NCBI GenBank assembly: GCA_951406725.2
Contig: OX597834.1
Span: forward strand, 38,316,001 to 38,380,000
Reading direction: 5' to 3'
Source of the DNA: Octopus vulgaris
Lineage: Eukaryota
DNA length: 64,000 nt
Shown: positions 38,389-52,165 of the stretch, one piece after another
Numbering within the stretch: the stretch's first letter is position 1
How the letters are laid out: every line of letters starts with the position of its first letter
Notes under the pieces: generated by a model
The model's input: the letters and a program-made list of their open reading frames with translations, nothing else
Database searches by the model: none
What the model was told of the DNA's origin: nothing
Program-made: the position numbers and the translations under genes

Positions 38389-38758
38389 TGTGATAGTCCA
38401 GGAAGCACGGGAGAGCCCATGACCTTTGTAGACGCTCCTAGACTGTAGAGATTAATATAGTTGATGTTTAATGTAACATCTGTAGGCCAGATATTAGCAG
38501 GGATGTGTGGGCAGCCAGCAGGTTTTAGTTTTGGATCGGAAGGATAAGATGAATGAACCCGATACGTGTAGAAGTTGCTTCTGGGTTTGAAAGAGAGTAG
38601 CTATAAAAATGGCAGTTAGCCTGTTGGGTACCGAATCGTTACTAAACAGTAAAATTTAGTCTAGAAAGAAACATTCAGGCCTCAGCCTTGTTTTCTCCAT
38701 GGTTTTGGGAGCGTGATGAGAAGGAGTGGTCGCTGGGGATAAAAGAGAGATTATAACA
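38389..38758 (+). mobile_element. Probable solo LTR
   Basis: TG...CA ends (TGTGATAG...TATAACA), flanks GTTTA/ATTTA (5-bp TSD, 1 mismatch), TATAAAA at ~38602; related fragments at 38825-38935 and 39400-39500. Confidence 0.5.
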
Positions 38759-39599
38759 ATTTACAACTTCAAGTGAGAGACCATGGTAGTGGTGACGAAA
38801 ATGGCAAAGTGAGAAAACAATATAACCTGTTGGATACCGAATCATTGCTAAACAATAAAATTTTGTCTGGAAACAAGCGCTCAGACTGCGGCCCTGTTTT
38901 TACAATCCTGTAGCCATCACAAGAGCAATTGTAACAACATGACAAGAGACGGATGTAGCTGTTGACAGTGTTTGAAAAAGAATCGTTTTGGGGGGATCAG
39001 TACTGACAGTTAGCTCTATAAACACCAAAGTATTATTATCTTCAAAGCAAAATATCAACAGCAAGATGCACTGCGACGTTCTCTGCTTATGGGAAATACT
39101 TAGAGGAAGCCAGAATGTATGGTAAAGTTATGGTAGTCGAAAGCCCTTACTTTACAGCTGTAATATCTTATTTGAAGGAGGGTTTTGTTATAAAAGCTAC
39201 TTCAGAAACAGAACACATACAAGATTTTATTGAGGGGCTGAGCAGTTTTCTGATAACATTGTCTGCAGACCTCTGGCAAAAGTCTATATTTTCTATTTAA
39301 ACCCTACGAAACAAACCAAAGATTACCACTGGAAACTTCAAAAACTAACGTATCTAACGGGGTTTATATTGACAGACAAATGACGTTGTTTGTGTTTTTT
39401 GTAAGTTAGTTCAGGAAGGAAGAGAAAGCCCTTTGGCTTGGCAGGCGCTCCTAGGTTGCAGACAGCGGATTTTAGTTTTGGAGAGAAAGGACTAGACGAA
39501 GTTTTGGAGAAGTGTTGGGTCTGAGGGTGATCCGACGGGAAAGGTGGTTGGATTTGGAGGTTATACAGTTAGCTACTTCATGTAGGGAACTGCAATGGA

Positions 39600-40860
39600 A
39601 GAATGAACAGAACGGAATCTGGTTATATTAGACCACTCATCATGAGAAGCCCAGAAACTGTCATTTCAAATCTTAAACTCAGAAAAGGCAATCGGGTTGG
39701 ATGATATTTTATCTGAGTGTATAAGTATTTCAGACCTGAGACAAAGAAATGTCTCCTACAGTTATATAACAAAGGTTTGATAATACACAATTTACCTACT
39801 ATCTGTTAGAAGACATTCGTGATAACGCTGCTGAAATAAAGTTAACAGCCATCAATCCCAAAGCGTTGTAGGTTGATTTCACTTACCAGCCACTGACAAG
39901 CTCTTTAGGCGCGTTAGCTTCAACAGAATAGCATTGGCATTAGATGAACGTTTCATTTCTGAGCAAGCAGGATTTCGTCCTGACAAATCAACAACGCATC
40001 AGTCATCTTTACCCAAAAATACACCGAGAATGGTTACGAAAAAGTGATAGATTTCTGTCGTCTTTGCTGAACTCTGCAGTCAATCATAGATGTTTGCTCA
40101 GCAACATTCGAGGTTACAAGAGACACCTAGCTCACCGAGCCGATCGAAAGCGTATTGCAAAATAGATTTTTTTATGGTGTTGGACAGTAAATGAAGTAGG
40201 TGGCATAAGCTGAAAAATTGTCTGCCTCAAGGAATTTCTCGTTTGCTTTTCAACATATAACTTCTCGATAGTGGAGGATAAGATAAGAAATTTCCTTGAT
40301 CAGTTAGCATCTTAATGCGAACAGAACCACTTTCGTGCAATCCATCTACGACACAAACGTGTGCCTTCTATTTGAGAATCCTTAAACCAAAACACCAACG
40401 CGACGGAAACTGATCTGGAACACCTCTTGAGCTCTGTAAATACCATATGTACTTAGATATGACCCTGGATCACTATCTCTACTTCAAATTCCACATCCGA
40501 ACAACAAAAGAAAAAAGAAAATACTTGCAATAAAATCGTAAACAGGCCTAGAAAAACAAGTCCCTAGAATCTGCTTCTAACTGTCCCAGCATTCCAGCAT
40601 TCTATTTCACCACATCTACACCGTCCCAGTATGTGAAAGATTTACTCATGCTAAGAAGCTAGATCAATCTTTGATACTTTAGATTGATTACAGGGTACCT
40701 TAGACCAATAAACACTAACAGTCTCCACATTTTGGTGGACATAGTCTCACCAGCCATTATTAAATCAATAACTAGCACAACGAAATAGTATCTCAGAGTC
40801 GTCTGAAGTTGAAGAAAAGCTGTCTCAGATGTGTTACATTGTATAGGCTCTCTAGACTAC
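39600..40860 (+). mobile_element. Vingi/Ingi-like LINE RT relic
   Basis: KAIGLDDILSE, EQAGFRPDKSTT, SRWHKLKNCLPQG, YLDMTLDHYLYFKFHI, RLITGYLRP...IVSPAI in colinear order. Confidence 0.8.
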
Positions 40861-41066
40861 TATTAAGTCGCTTCCAGCATTTTTACCCCTAACACAGAAC
40901 CTGCCAATGCTAATTTTTCTACGGAGGATTTCAGTTAATGTTAAGATTTACTATTTTTTTAATGTCATGGAGTGAATTTACTTAATAGTCCAGTTAAGTA
41001 TATACATATGTACATAAAGTATACACACACGCACGCGCGCACATATATAAATATATATATATAAAG

Positions 41067-41211
41067 AGTGATTTTAAATTCTCAAACGCAGGATAATGCT
41101 AATAATATAGCCTAGCCGGTCGCCAGCACTTTTTTCTGCAAAATAGGGGTGGCTTATCCTGTTCAAGCTATATTATTAGCATTATCTTGCGTTTGAGAAT
41201 TTTAAATCACT
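41067..41211. repeat. Inverted repeat, 45-bp arms (2 mismatches), 55-nt spacer
   Basis: Arms 41067-41111 and 41167-41211. Confidence 0.95.
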
Positions 41212-41294
41212 TTCTAAGACATCTCAACGCTTCCAAAGCAAACTTCGTTTGTTTCTTTACGCTCATCGTAATTTGAATTTAATATATATATATA

Positions 41295-41799
41295 TCTATA
41301 TATATAAAACTCTAGTTGTGTGAGTGTCTGTCCCCTTCGATTTAGATTCCTAACTCCTCCCACATTTTGCGGTGCAGTTTAACCAAATTCGGGTATCTTA
41401 TAGTCGTGATTCATATCGAGCCCGTCTGACTATTAGCGCGCGTCAACGATGAGTCTACGATTTTAAAAATAATTTAACATCATTTTTTATTCCATTTTAA
41501 TGCATAAAATGCATCGTGTGTCGATGGCGGCGGAGTTGGCGTCCACGCTCACAGCTGCACCTGTTTGCTTCTCCCCTTCCCTCCCTCGTGAAGCTGTGGG
41601 GAAGGGAGTGTAAAGAAATCAACGTCGTAATGCGTTGTGAAGGAGACCAGCGTTCTTTTAGAACAACGACTTCATGGCTTGAAGACACCAAAACAAAAAT
41701 GGCTAAGAAAGCCCGAATTTATAAGGGAAGTAACTCTCTAAAAATGCTTATATAGTTATTTCCCTTACAAACCCGAGCAACGCCGGGCGATACTGCTAG
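41295..41799 (+). mobile_element. Non-autonomous Helitron
   Basis: A|TCTATATATATAAAA 5' end, CCCG-AGCAACGC-CGGG subterminal hairpin (41772-41787), CTAG|T 3' end, no TSD. Confidence 0.92.
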
Positions 41800-41800
<1 letters not shown>

Positions 41801-41857
<57 letters not shown>

Positions 41858-42188
41858 ATATGTATATACATATGTATGTATGTATATATATGTATATATA
41901 TATGTATGTACGTATATATATATGTATATATATATGTATGTATGTATATATATGTATATATATGTATGTATGTATGTATATATATGTATATATATATATG
42001 TATGTATGTATATATATATATGTATGTATATATGTATATACATATGTATGTATATATATGTATATATATATATGTATGTACGTATATATATGTATATATA
42101 TATGTATGTATATATATGTATATATATATGTATGTATGTATATATATGTATATATATATATGTATGTATGTATATATATATGTATGTA
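41801..42188. repeat. (TA)/(TATG) compound microsatellite
   Basis: Directly visible. Confidence 0.96.
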
Positions 42189-42279
42189 TCAAGACTTGCT
42201 AATGTAATTCATTGAATAGCATGTGTTGATTAAATTATGGGCTACCACAGTGAATGAGTGAGTGAGTGAGTGAGTGAAT

Positions 42280-42320
<41 letters not shown>

Positions 42321-43714
42321 CCTATTAGTAGAGTTCGGAGCTTGTTTTTTCTTTCTTTGAAGATGAATTTGTCTTGGTATCTTCAACATAATAACACAAT
42401 TTCACACCTTTAGTGTTGTGTCATTATGTGGTATTTTACATAGAGGACAGATTCCAGAGTTGTTCATATATGATGTTGCACTGTTTATTATTTACCATTT
42501 ACATTTGCAGTTATGTTTTTTTTTTTCCAATTCTAATTGTGTTTAGACGGTGATGTTTCATTTCTTTTGGATAGGCTCTGAAATGTGTGTGTGGGGAGGG
42601 TGCATATATTTGAGTTTGTGGCGTATGTGTGTGTGCTCTGTGTTCAACTTTTGATGATGTTGCTTCATGGACTATACTTGTTTCTCAATTACACTGAATT
42701 ATCTCATGATCACTTGACATCCTTTGGGGAATGTTATTCATATGCATATTATGTGTTCTTGTATATACGTCTGTATTCTTTTGGTGATGCATTCATGTGG
42801 GTACTATATGGCTGGTGGTAGCTTGAAAACTAAAAAAAAAAACTATCAAATTTATTAACATAAAGTACTGGTCTATAAAATGCATCGCTATTTAAGCTGC
42901 AGGGCCGAATATGGGGTGAACATTTTGGTTTTATCTACACATAAAGCGTTTAAAAGCGTTAACCTAGAGAAGCTAAGGGTCTGCAGCTAGCTTTTTTGTT
43001 GTTGACGTGTATGTAGTTTCAAAATACCTTATTTGGCAACTATGAGATGTATTGTTATTGTTTTGATTTTATCTTTCTATAATCAACAACAAACACATCT
43101 CGTTAATATTAAAGTCTTTATTGGATTAAAAATAACATTACCAAAACATGAAGGTAAAACAAAACAAATATGCTTTGTTTTCTTCCAGGCACTAATGTAC
43201 TGTAGCAGTAGTCTTTCACGTTCACCGATCGACCTTTCCTCTGAAAAAACCAGTGGAATCATTCGATCTCCATACACAAATTATTTTCCTCCAGAAACTT
43301 ATTAAAAAATACCCACATTTAGCGCACCTTTCTCTAAGCCGCTCACTGAATTTCCCAGGTAAAAAATAGCGGTTTATACACCGGAAAATACGGTAATATA
43401 AATTCAAAAATGGTTTGCGAGATTTGATCTCGCAGCCTCTTCTTGGGAGAGGTTCCAAAGAAAGGTATCTGGGCCCAGGGTGTCATCAAGTGACTGCCAA
43501 AAAGCACATACCCGATATTGTGGTTGACTGTTAGAATTAAAGAACCGTGCTTGATTGAATTGTAACTGCACTATTTTCTGGAATAGAAGAGATGATAATC
43601 TTAGGTGTGATTCGAATGTATTTTGCAGTTATGTTAACATTAATCCTGTATCTTACTAAATACTACCTTGTTTAAATAACAGAATGGTGTGTATGTCCAG
43701 GCCTGTATAATTTT

Positions 43715-45400
43715 ATCGCTCAGTGACGTCTATCAGTGCTTCTTCACTAACAATAACTAGTTCTGATGAAGAAAAAATCTACTTTATGGATAACTAAAAG
43801 ATATTATTCAGACCGTTCCAGTTGGAGATAAAGTAATAATTCTTGAGAATGTCTACGCACTTGATGAAAATTTTGGAATATGGAATTGTTAAGAACACCA
43901 TGAAGTGGTACACTCCAAGTCAAACTCTACTGCTTTACTTTTGCTACAAATATGCACAGAATTGAAATAGACAAAGATCTTACGTAAGAATTCTGTGAAT
44001 ATGCCAGTCTGTGAAATTTACTGGCTCAATAAAACTATTCAGTGAAAGATTTAAAAGGGAATCAAAATAATGAAAAATAAATGGTGGGTTGAGCATAGCT
44101 ATAGTTTTCAGAAAGCATGAAATAAAAAAATATAAAGAAGCTTATGAATCGGGTTCATTGTCCTGACTCAATTCCTTGGACTCGCATCAGAGCTAAGGAT
44201 GGCGAAACACTTATTAAAGATTCAAGACCCTAAGATGGTGGCAAGAATACTTTAGTAATCTGCTTAATTACTCATCAAACATTGATTATTTTTTTATAGA
44301 ATTAATTCAGCGAATTCCAGTAAAGCACTTTCTGATGATCAGCTTACTTTCAATGAAGAGATTCTGTGCGCAAATTTAAAAATGTAAAAGCTCCTGGTTT
44401 TGATGTGATGGTATTGCTGTAGAAGTTCTGAAATCTGTCGGAAATGTTATGCTGGATATTTTGCATAAACTTATATCTAATCTATTGGAAAATGATACAC
44501 AGTTCCTCAAAATTAGAGAGCTCCGTTGTTGAAGACGTTCTACAAAAGAAAAGGGTGATAAAGATATATACGGTAATTCTTTATGCATTTCTCTCCTCAA
44601 AGTTGTAAGGAAAATATTGAGCATCATTATTTTTGACAGGCTCATTAAATACATCAGGATATCTCTTTCTCCCGAGTATAAATCAAATTTTCGCACTGGA
44701 CGAGAAATCAATGACGTGATATTTTCAGAAGAGACTTGATCTCTATCATTGCTTCATTGACCTCACCAAGGCCGTTGATTCAATGAAGCGTAAAGCATTA
44801 TGAGCAATTTCTTGCAAAGTTGGTTGTCCTGATAAATTTACAAATATCATTAAGACCTTTCATAAAGATACGATAGCTCGTGTTGCAATTGATGGAGAAT
44901 ACTCAAGGCTATTTTCAATCAGTGACGGTGCAAAACAATGTCATATAACAACCTTTTCTCTTTTTACCTCATACTTCACCATATTTTTTTTTCATTTGCT
45001 TTCAGAAACTGTTCTGAGGGTATTTATATACGCTACTGCATAACTGTTTTATAAAGAATTATATAAAGTATGTTTTTTTTCCACAGCATTTTGTTTTCTT
45101 AAACAGTTATTATGTGAAACAGTTGGAGCGTGTCCAATAAAAGTGCCTCCGTGAAATTTTGCATAGTCGTTGAACAATATGAATGATGTAGAAGTTTTGG
45201 CGTTAGTAAATGTCGTAAATGTATAGTTATCTGGCGACGTTGCAGACTGATGAGGGCAGGCCATATAGTTCGCGTGTAAGATGAAAGAATTCCGAAGCGT
45301 AATATATCTACGGAAAACCATGATTTGGGAAAAGACCTACTAACAAACCGAAGTTAGATACAAAGATTCTAAAAAGAACAACTGGAAATTTTGAAAAGAA
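43715..45400 (+). mobile_element. RTE-BovB-like LINE relic (APE endonuclease + RT + C-terminal pieces)
   Basis: SSDEEK...DIIQTVPVGDKVIIL (EN), KAPGFD, YHCFIDLTKAVDSMKRKAL*AISCKVGCPDKFTNIIKTFH (RT). Confidence 0.85.
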
Positions 45401-45725
45401 AAAAGAAACTTGATACACACACACACACACTTTTATTTTTTTCATTAGTTTCAGGTCAAGGGCTGTGGCCCTACTGAAGCACCACAAACCGAATCAGAGT
45501 GTAACATCAAAATTAAAGGTATGACGTTTTTAACGTGGCTTCTATTTCCCCAGTCAGTACTGAATACGAGATACTTTGATTTGTGAATCTCCGTAATTAT
45601 CATATTTGTTGTTAGATAGTTTTCAGTGATTGTCATGTATGACTGCAAGGTCTCTCAGCAAGAAGATTTTGCTGTTATTTCTAATTTGTAGCAGCCTTCT
45701 GACTTTTTGCAATCGCGTCAATGTG

Positions 45726-46255
45726 ACACTTGGGTGGATATAATAGGTGGTGGCCAAATTCTGTTGGCCAGTTGCGGTACTTTATAACTGTTAACAATGC
45801 TGAAAATACTGACTTGAATACATGTTTTATATTTCAGAAATATGGTCAGTTGTGCGAGAAGAAAAATGCAGAAACAGCCCCAATGTCTTCTGCCATATTT
45901 GTGGATGTTACACTTTACCTAGGCAGCGAAACAAAATCACAGATTTTGTGAAGAAAGCTTTCCTTGCTTTGGCACGAAACTGGGTGATCAAAACAAAGCC
46001 TGGACACCGCATATAGTGTGTAAAACATGTGTTGAAACACTGAGACAGTGACTGTTTCAAATACTTAAGTAGGTAGTTTCCAGCTCTGTCTTGCAGAAAA
46101 ATTAAGTTTGGTGTGTTTGACGGGTCACAGATTTGATGGTTATTGCAGGACGATCAGTTTTGGGGGATCGTGTCTGACATTGAAAAAGAAGCATGGATTG
46201 CTTTTGTTACAGTTGTGTCTGATTTCCAGGGAAACATGAAGTCAACTTGTATTGT
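45726..46255 (+). mobile_element. Chapaev (CMC) transposase relic, internally deleted
   Basis: CRNSPNVFCHICGCYT...ITDFVKKAF / KLGDQNKAWTPHIVCKTC and KIKFGVFDGSQI...EKEAWIAFVTVV...GN. Confidence 0.85.
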
Positions 46256-46391
46256 ACCAAATTTCGAAACCATATATAATATATAGTTATATATAACTAT
46301 ATAAATACCTGTACATTGCTTAATGCCGAATGAATGAGGAAGGAGTGGTCAATACCTGTTGTAGAGTATATGGTTTTAATTGTTTTTTCAT

Positions 46392-46432
46392 CTGAAGATC
46401 GCAGTGGTGTGAAACTCGAGTCTCAAAATAAA
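46392..46432 (+). ncRNA. Degenerate Penelope-type hammerhead ribozyme
   Basis: CUGAAGA-UCGCAGUGGUGU-GAA-ACUCGAGU-C with a palindromic stem III, followed by AAUAAA and (TA)n; stem I imperfect. Confidence 0.5.
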
Positions 46433-46530
46433 CTGTCGCTTCAATTTTAATAAAAAAAATTATATATATATATATACATATATATATATGCATGTGTAAG
46501 TTATTTGCAAGACATGTATATGTATATATA

Positions 46531-46630
<100 letters not shown>

Positions 46631-46693
46631 GTATATATATAGAGAGAGAGATAGAAGAGAGAGAGAGAGACAGATATATAGATAGATAGATAG

Positions 46694-46728
<35 letters not shown>

Positions 46729-47184
46729 GTGTATGTAGTGAAAAATGAACAAACGTATATTTCTATAATGTTACCTTCTGTAGCTGTGTATATATATTTT
46801 TGCTCCATTGTGTATTGAAATACGAATATTAGATCAGTTACAAGCGCTGAAAAGGCGTCGCCAAGACTTTGTAACATACTTAAGCTAGAATGCTAATAAA
46901 TGCATAAGATATATCCATTATGAACACGTATGCTTGTGCATAAGTGGTGTGTATATATATGAATATCCGTGTGCTTGTTTATGTATATGTGTATATGGTT
47001 GTGTGTATCTGGTGTATGTGCATATAGCTATGTGTATTTGTGTCTGTGTGTCTATTTTTTGTGTGCATATTAATACGCTGGCACATGTAATGTAGGAGGT
47101 GTAGAAACAATATATATGATATATATATATATATGCGTGTGTGCGTGTATACATATGTATATATGTAAACATCTATATGCATAT

Positions 47185-47242
<58 letters not shown>

Positions 47243-47294
47243 ATATATATATGCATATATATGTGCATATGTGTGTACTCACGCACATACACAC

Positions 47295-47334
<40 letters not shown>

Positions 47335-47367
47335 ATATGTATGTATATATATATATATATATACATA

Positions 47368-47439
<72 letters not shown>

Positions 47440-48660
47440 CACACACACACTCATACACACATGTATGTATGTCTGCAGTTATGTATGTAGTTTATCTAGT
47501 TTCAAAGTCTTCTGAAAAAAGTTATGGAATTTTATATCTTATATCATAACAGACTTATTCACGTGTACGCGCGCACAAACATTATCATTTGTATATAGAT
47601 TTATCTACATGCTAAGATACACGTATAGACTTTTCGACATCTGGAAATTTAAGATGTACCAGAGTGCAATCTATTTAACATTTTTCTTAACTGCTAACTT
47701 GATTCAATTGTAGGTTAATCTCTTGATTTTACCATCAGAACTACTTTCTTTTACAAATTTTGTCTGTCTCTCTCCTTCCTTCCTTCTGTCTTTCTTTCTT
47801 TCTTTCTTTCTTCACGCGTGCACACAGACACACACACATGCACACATGGGATGTATAAATAGACAATGTAAAAATCTAACTACATCTATACATCATGGCA
47901 CGAGACACACATAGAGGCAGTAACATCAAAATTCCTTCGGTATCAAATACTAAAAATATATGGAGAGATTCAGCAACATTGATGGCTTGCTCAGGCACGG
48001 TCACAGTTAACACTGAACGAATGAAAGTGTGTGTGTACATATATATATGTCTAATCTATATATATGCACATGTGTGTATGTATGTGTTATGTATCTGTGT
48101 ATGTATAAGTGTGTGTGCGTGCGTGTGCGTGCGTGTGTGTATGTATGTAAATGTCGCAGGAAAGAATCGCAAGATGGATTCTACAAGTCGAGCAAACCAG
48201 CAAGAGAACGAAATATTTGCATTATACACATAGTCAAAGTTGGTGATGCTTACGAATCTAACAGGAAATGGTAATGACAACTGCTTCTCATCAGTCTCTT
48301 CTGAGGAAGTGCCTGAGGACTCCACACTCGCGAACTTTCCACGAATAGGAGATAGAAAAAGATGCATAAATATGTACATATATATATGTTTATACTATAT
48401 ATATGTGTGTGTGTATGTGTGTGGAGAGAGAGAGAGAGAGAGAGAGAGAAGAAGAAGAGAGAAGAAAGTGCGAGGTTCTTGTTTAAAATGTCACCCGAGG
48501 AGACGCAACCTGCATCTGTGATTCAAGGCGTTTTATTGTACAGCATCTCATCTGTGAGATACAGATACAGGATGGGTCGAAACAATTGTAGTGAATTTGA
48601 ATAAAGAATCTCGTGAATTCCATTTTCTGTCCCTGATCTATCCATCTATCTGTGTGCACG

Positions 48661-48750
<90 letters not shown>

Positions 48751-48751
<1 letters not shown>

Positions 48752-48908
48752 GACGGGCTTCTTTCAGTTTCCGTCTACCAAATCCACTCACAAGGCCTTG
48801 GTCGGCCCGAGGCTATAGCAGAAGACACTTGCCCAAGGTGCCACGCAGTGGGACTGAACTCGGAACAATGTGGTTGGGAAGCAAGCTACTTACCACACAG
48901 CCACTCCT
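48751..48908 (-). mobile_element. SINE family A 5' half
   Basis: Head through to the central microsatellite only. Confidence 0.93.
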
Positions 48909-51029
48909 CCCTTGTTATATATAGTGCTTCTGCACAAAATTAAGAGCATTGAACCAGAACGTGACACTCTTAGTGATATTTTTATTCCTACTTAATCATT
49001 AAGCTAATGTAGTTTTTGAATAAGGCGTAGTGGGAAGGGATTATACGTCGTGTTTAGTTCAAAAGGTATTGATACTTATGAATTATGAAAATATAATCTT
49101 GGAAACATGATGTTATCTAATGGTCACAATGGAAACCACCTTTCTAATATTCTGGAAATACAGACAACTAAGTATAAGATTTACCGTATGCCCAGCATTT
49201 CCCGGCCAGGTTTATGCAGATCCGTCTTACGATTCTTGGGATTACTTGATAAGTATCTATTGAAGAGTTTATTCCCATTTTATAAGACGTTTTCACTTCT
49301 CAACACTTCAGGTATTTGTTTTCGTTGTTTTGTTTAGTAAGCAGTGTGTAATGGATGCTGTGTCGTGACGTAATTGTCTGGAATGATTTTAATGTGACTT
49401 GTATCACGATTTGAAAGTATCTAACTGCGAAATCTTACGAGTTGGCTGAGTTGATTGCACTCGTATTTGTTCCTTCTCTCTGAACGCTGATTTTAAATCC
49501 TAGCGAGGTCAACATTGCCTTCATCGACTCTTCTCCTTCTCTCCACCCTCTCTCTCAAGTAGAACTCGGCTGAGGCGAGACCGTATGTTTCAACAGTGCC
49601 TCTAACGATTCCATATGAAGTTGAAAGGAAAAGGAACATGGGAACTAAGGAAGATCTATCTCTCGCAGCATTTCAGTATTGGTCTAGGTCTCTTCACCTT
49701 CATCATCGCTAGCTTCCATCATCTGACGAGCCAATCACCCAACGGACATCAAGTATGAATGCGGCATTCCATCGACACGTGCATTGGGTTGCTTCATCAA
49801 ACCTGGCTTCGAACGTGGACAGATACAGGTCCTTCCTTTCTGGTATTGCGGCCGGATGTCTCCACTTTTACCGGAACATTTTCCTCTGGGGCACCGACTC
49901 CTCCATCAAGCCTGACGGAGGTAACATGATCGTTCAAAGGTGTCTCTCTACAATTTTATTTCCGCTCGGCTTGTACGCAGCCCCAAAGTAACTCCTGGTC
50001 TTCCTCTTGCCCAGTAACTCTCAGTTTACTTCGAACGAAACGCAGTACTGTTGTCTGTCAGTACCTCATCTCCCAAATTATCTCATTCAGAACCCTTGCA
50101 ATTTCAACTGCAGCTTCTGCTCTATTTTCCACCCATACAGCTATTCGCCAAGGTCCACAGTCAATCATAGTATGATAGAACCTTTGCCAATAGTGCCTTG
50201 TCAATCACTTTTAATTGTCTTTCCGTTGAATCTTTCCCACCTCATGCACACTCGTCGTAGGGTCGATCGACTGACGCTTGTCACAGCCTCTAACCACCCT
50301 TCGAGCATTTTTACTTTGCAGAAGAAAGGAAGCTGCATTAGGCTTCATCTTGAAGAAGCAGAATAAATGTACGTCTTTCTGGGGCGGCCGAGAAATCACG
50401 CTGATTCCTTACGTTAGAAAAGCACGCTCTACCGACTTCTAACCCAGCATCACTTCCGCCTACCATTTACAGCTCGCCATTTCTACCTGCTATCTCAGCT
50501 CACAACATCATAAACATCAGAAACATATTTCTAGTGGAAACCTTTAGATTGCCTACAACGAAATTGCTGTTTGCATTCTGGTTTCTTGCTATTGTAAATC
50601 ATATAACTTGATTTTTGTCAAAGAAATGACTGTGAATTTAATTGCAGAAATAGAAACACATACAGACTGTCTCCTTGGAATAATATTTTTCAAATATCAC
50701 AGCTAACCGTTGGGTATGTATGCATGTGTGTGTATACATAAACATATACATATATGCATATAGTCACATGAGTGTGTGTGTGTGTGTGTTTGCGTGTATG
50801 AATATGTATATATGTGAATATATATATATATATATATATAAAATTTTCTGCTGCTTAAAATAAAGCATATTACTCTACCACTGGTATTTGAGTACTCTTT
50901 TTTCCACCTTGTTTCACATTTATGTGTTTACTCCGGTATATATATATATATATATATATATATACGTACATACATACATACATACAACTGCCTACCCATC
51001 TCTCTACCGTGTGCGAGTGCGCGTGCATG

Positions 51030-51086
<57 letters not shown>

Positions 51087-51158
51087 ATGTATAAATACAC
51101 ACATTTATATGAGGATATGTGTTTATGAATGTAGGTAATCATGTATCATATATGTATG

Positions 51159-51219
<61 letters not shown>

Positions 51220-51961
51220 TTATGTATATATGTATATATGTATGTAGTAGTATAATGTTTGTTCTAAAAGCCATAGAAAAAAGAGAGTAGGCAGGTATAT
51301 ATGTAAAAGCTAAGCAAGATAGTAAAAGCCGCAAAGAAAGGAAGAGAGAAAACGACTGAAAGATTGAGAGAGAGGGAGAGAGAGAGAGAGAGAGAGAGAG
51401 TGTGTGTGATGGGGGGCGGTGAAGAGATAGATGGGGAGAGAGTAAAAGATACGAAAATGTAGAATGCAGAAGAATTGGGTTAAATATGTTGAAGAGGGGC
51501 AGAAATACTGACTGTTAAGTAAATCTGTATAAGTGTGGATGGGTGGGTGGGTGGATTGTATTTTTATACGCGTTTGTGTGTGTGCCTGTGTGAATGTGTG
51601 TGTGTGCGCGCATGTGTGTGAATGTATAAATTTGCGTAATCATGTATGTGTTCTTATGAGATTGTGTATATGTGTTTGTGTATGTGTACGCGCACGGTGC
51701 GTGTGCGTGCTAAGGTAATTTTGTTGGCTGTCTGCTTCGGGAGGAGATGAAGATTCTATGAATGAAACTGACATGATGATGATAATAGTAACGATGGTAA
51801 TAGTTGTAACAAAACTCATGATGTTTACGGCGATGGTAATGGTGATGATACTAAACTACTATTACATTAGAAATAGTCATTATGTAAGTATGTATGGATG
51901 TTTGTATGTATGTATGTATGTATATATATGTATGTATGTGCACATACACACATATATTTGC

Positions 51962-52028
<67 letters not shown>

Positions 52029-52091
52029 CAGATAGATAGACAGACAGACAGATAGACAGATAGATAGATACATAGATAGATACATAGATAC

Positions 52092-52165
<74 letters not shown>
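51962..52165. repeat. (GATA)n array
   Basis: Directly visible. Confidence 0.97.

Noticed and set aside
48301-48340. CUGAGGA-AGUG...CACU hammerhead-like start
   Set aside because: No GAAA and no stems I/III.
49590-50520. GC-richer block, possibly a minus-strand LINE ORF1 relic
   Set aside because: No motif could be translated convincingly enough to call.
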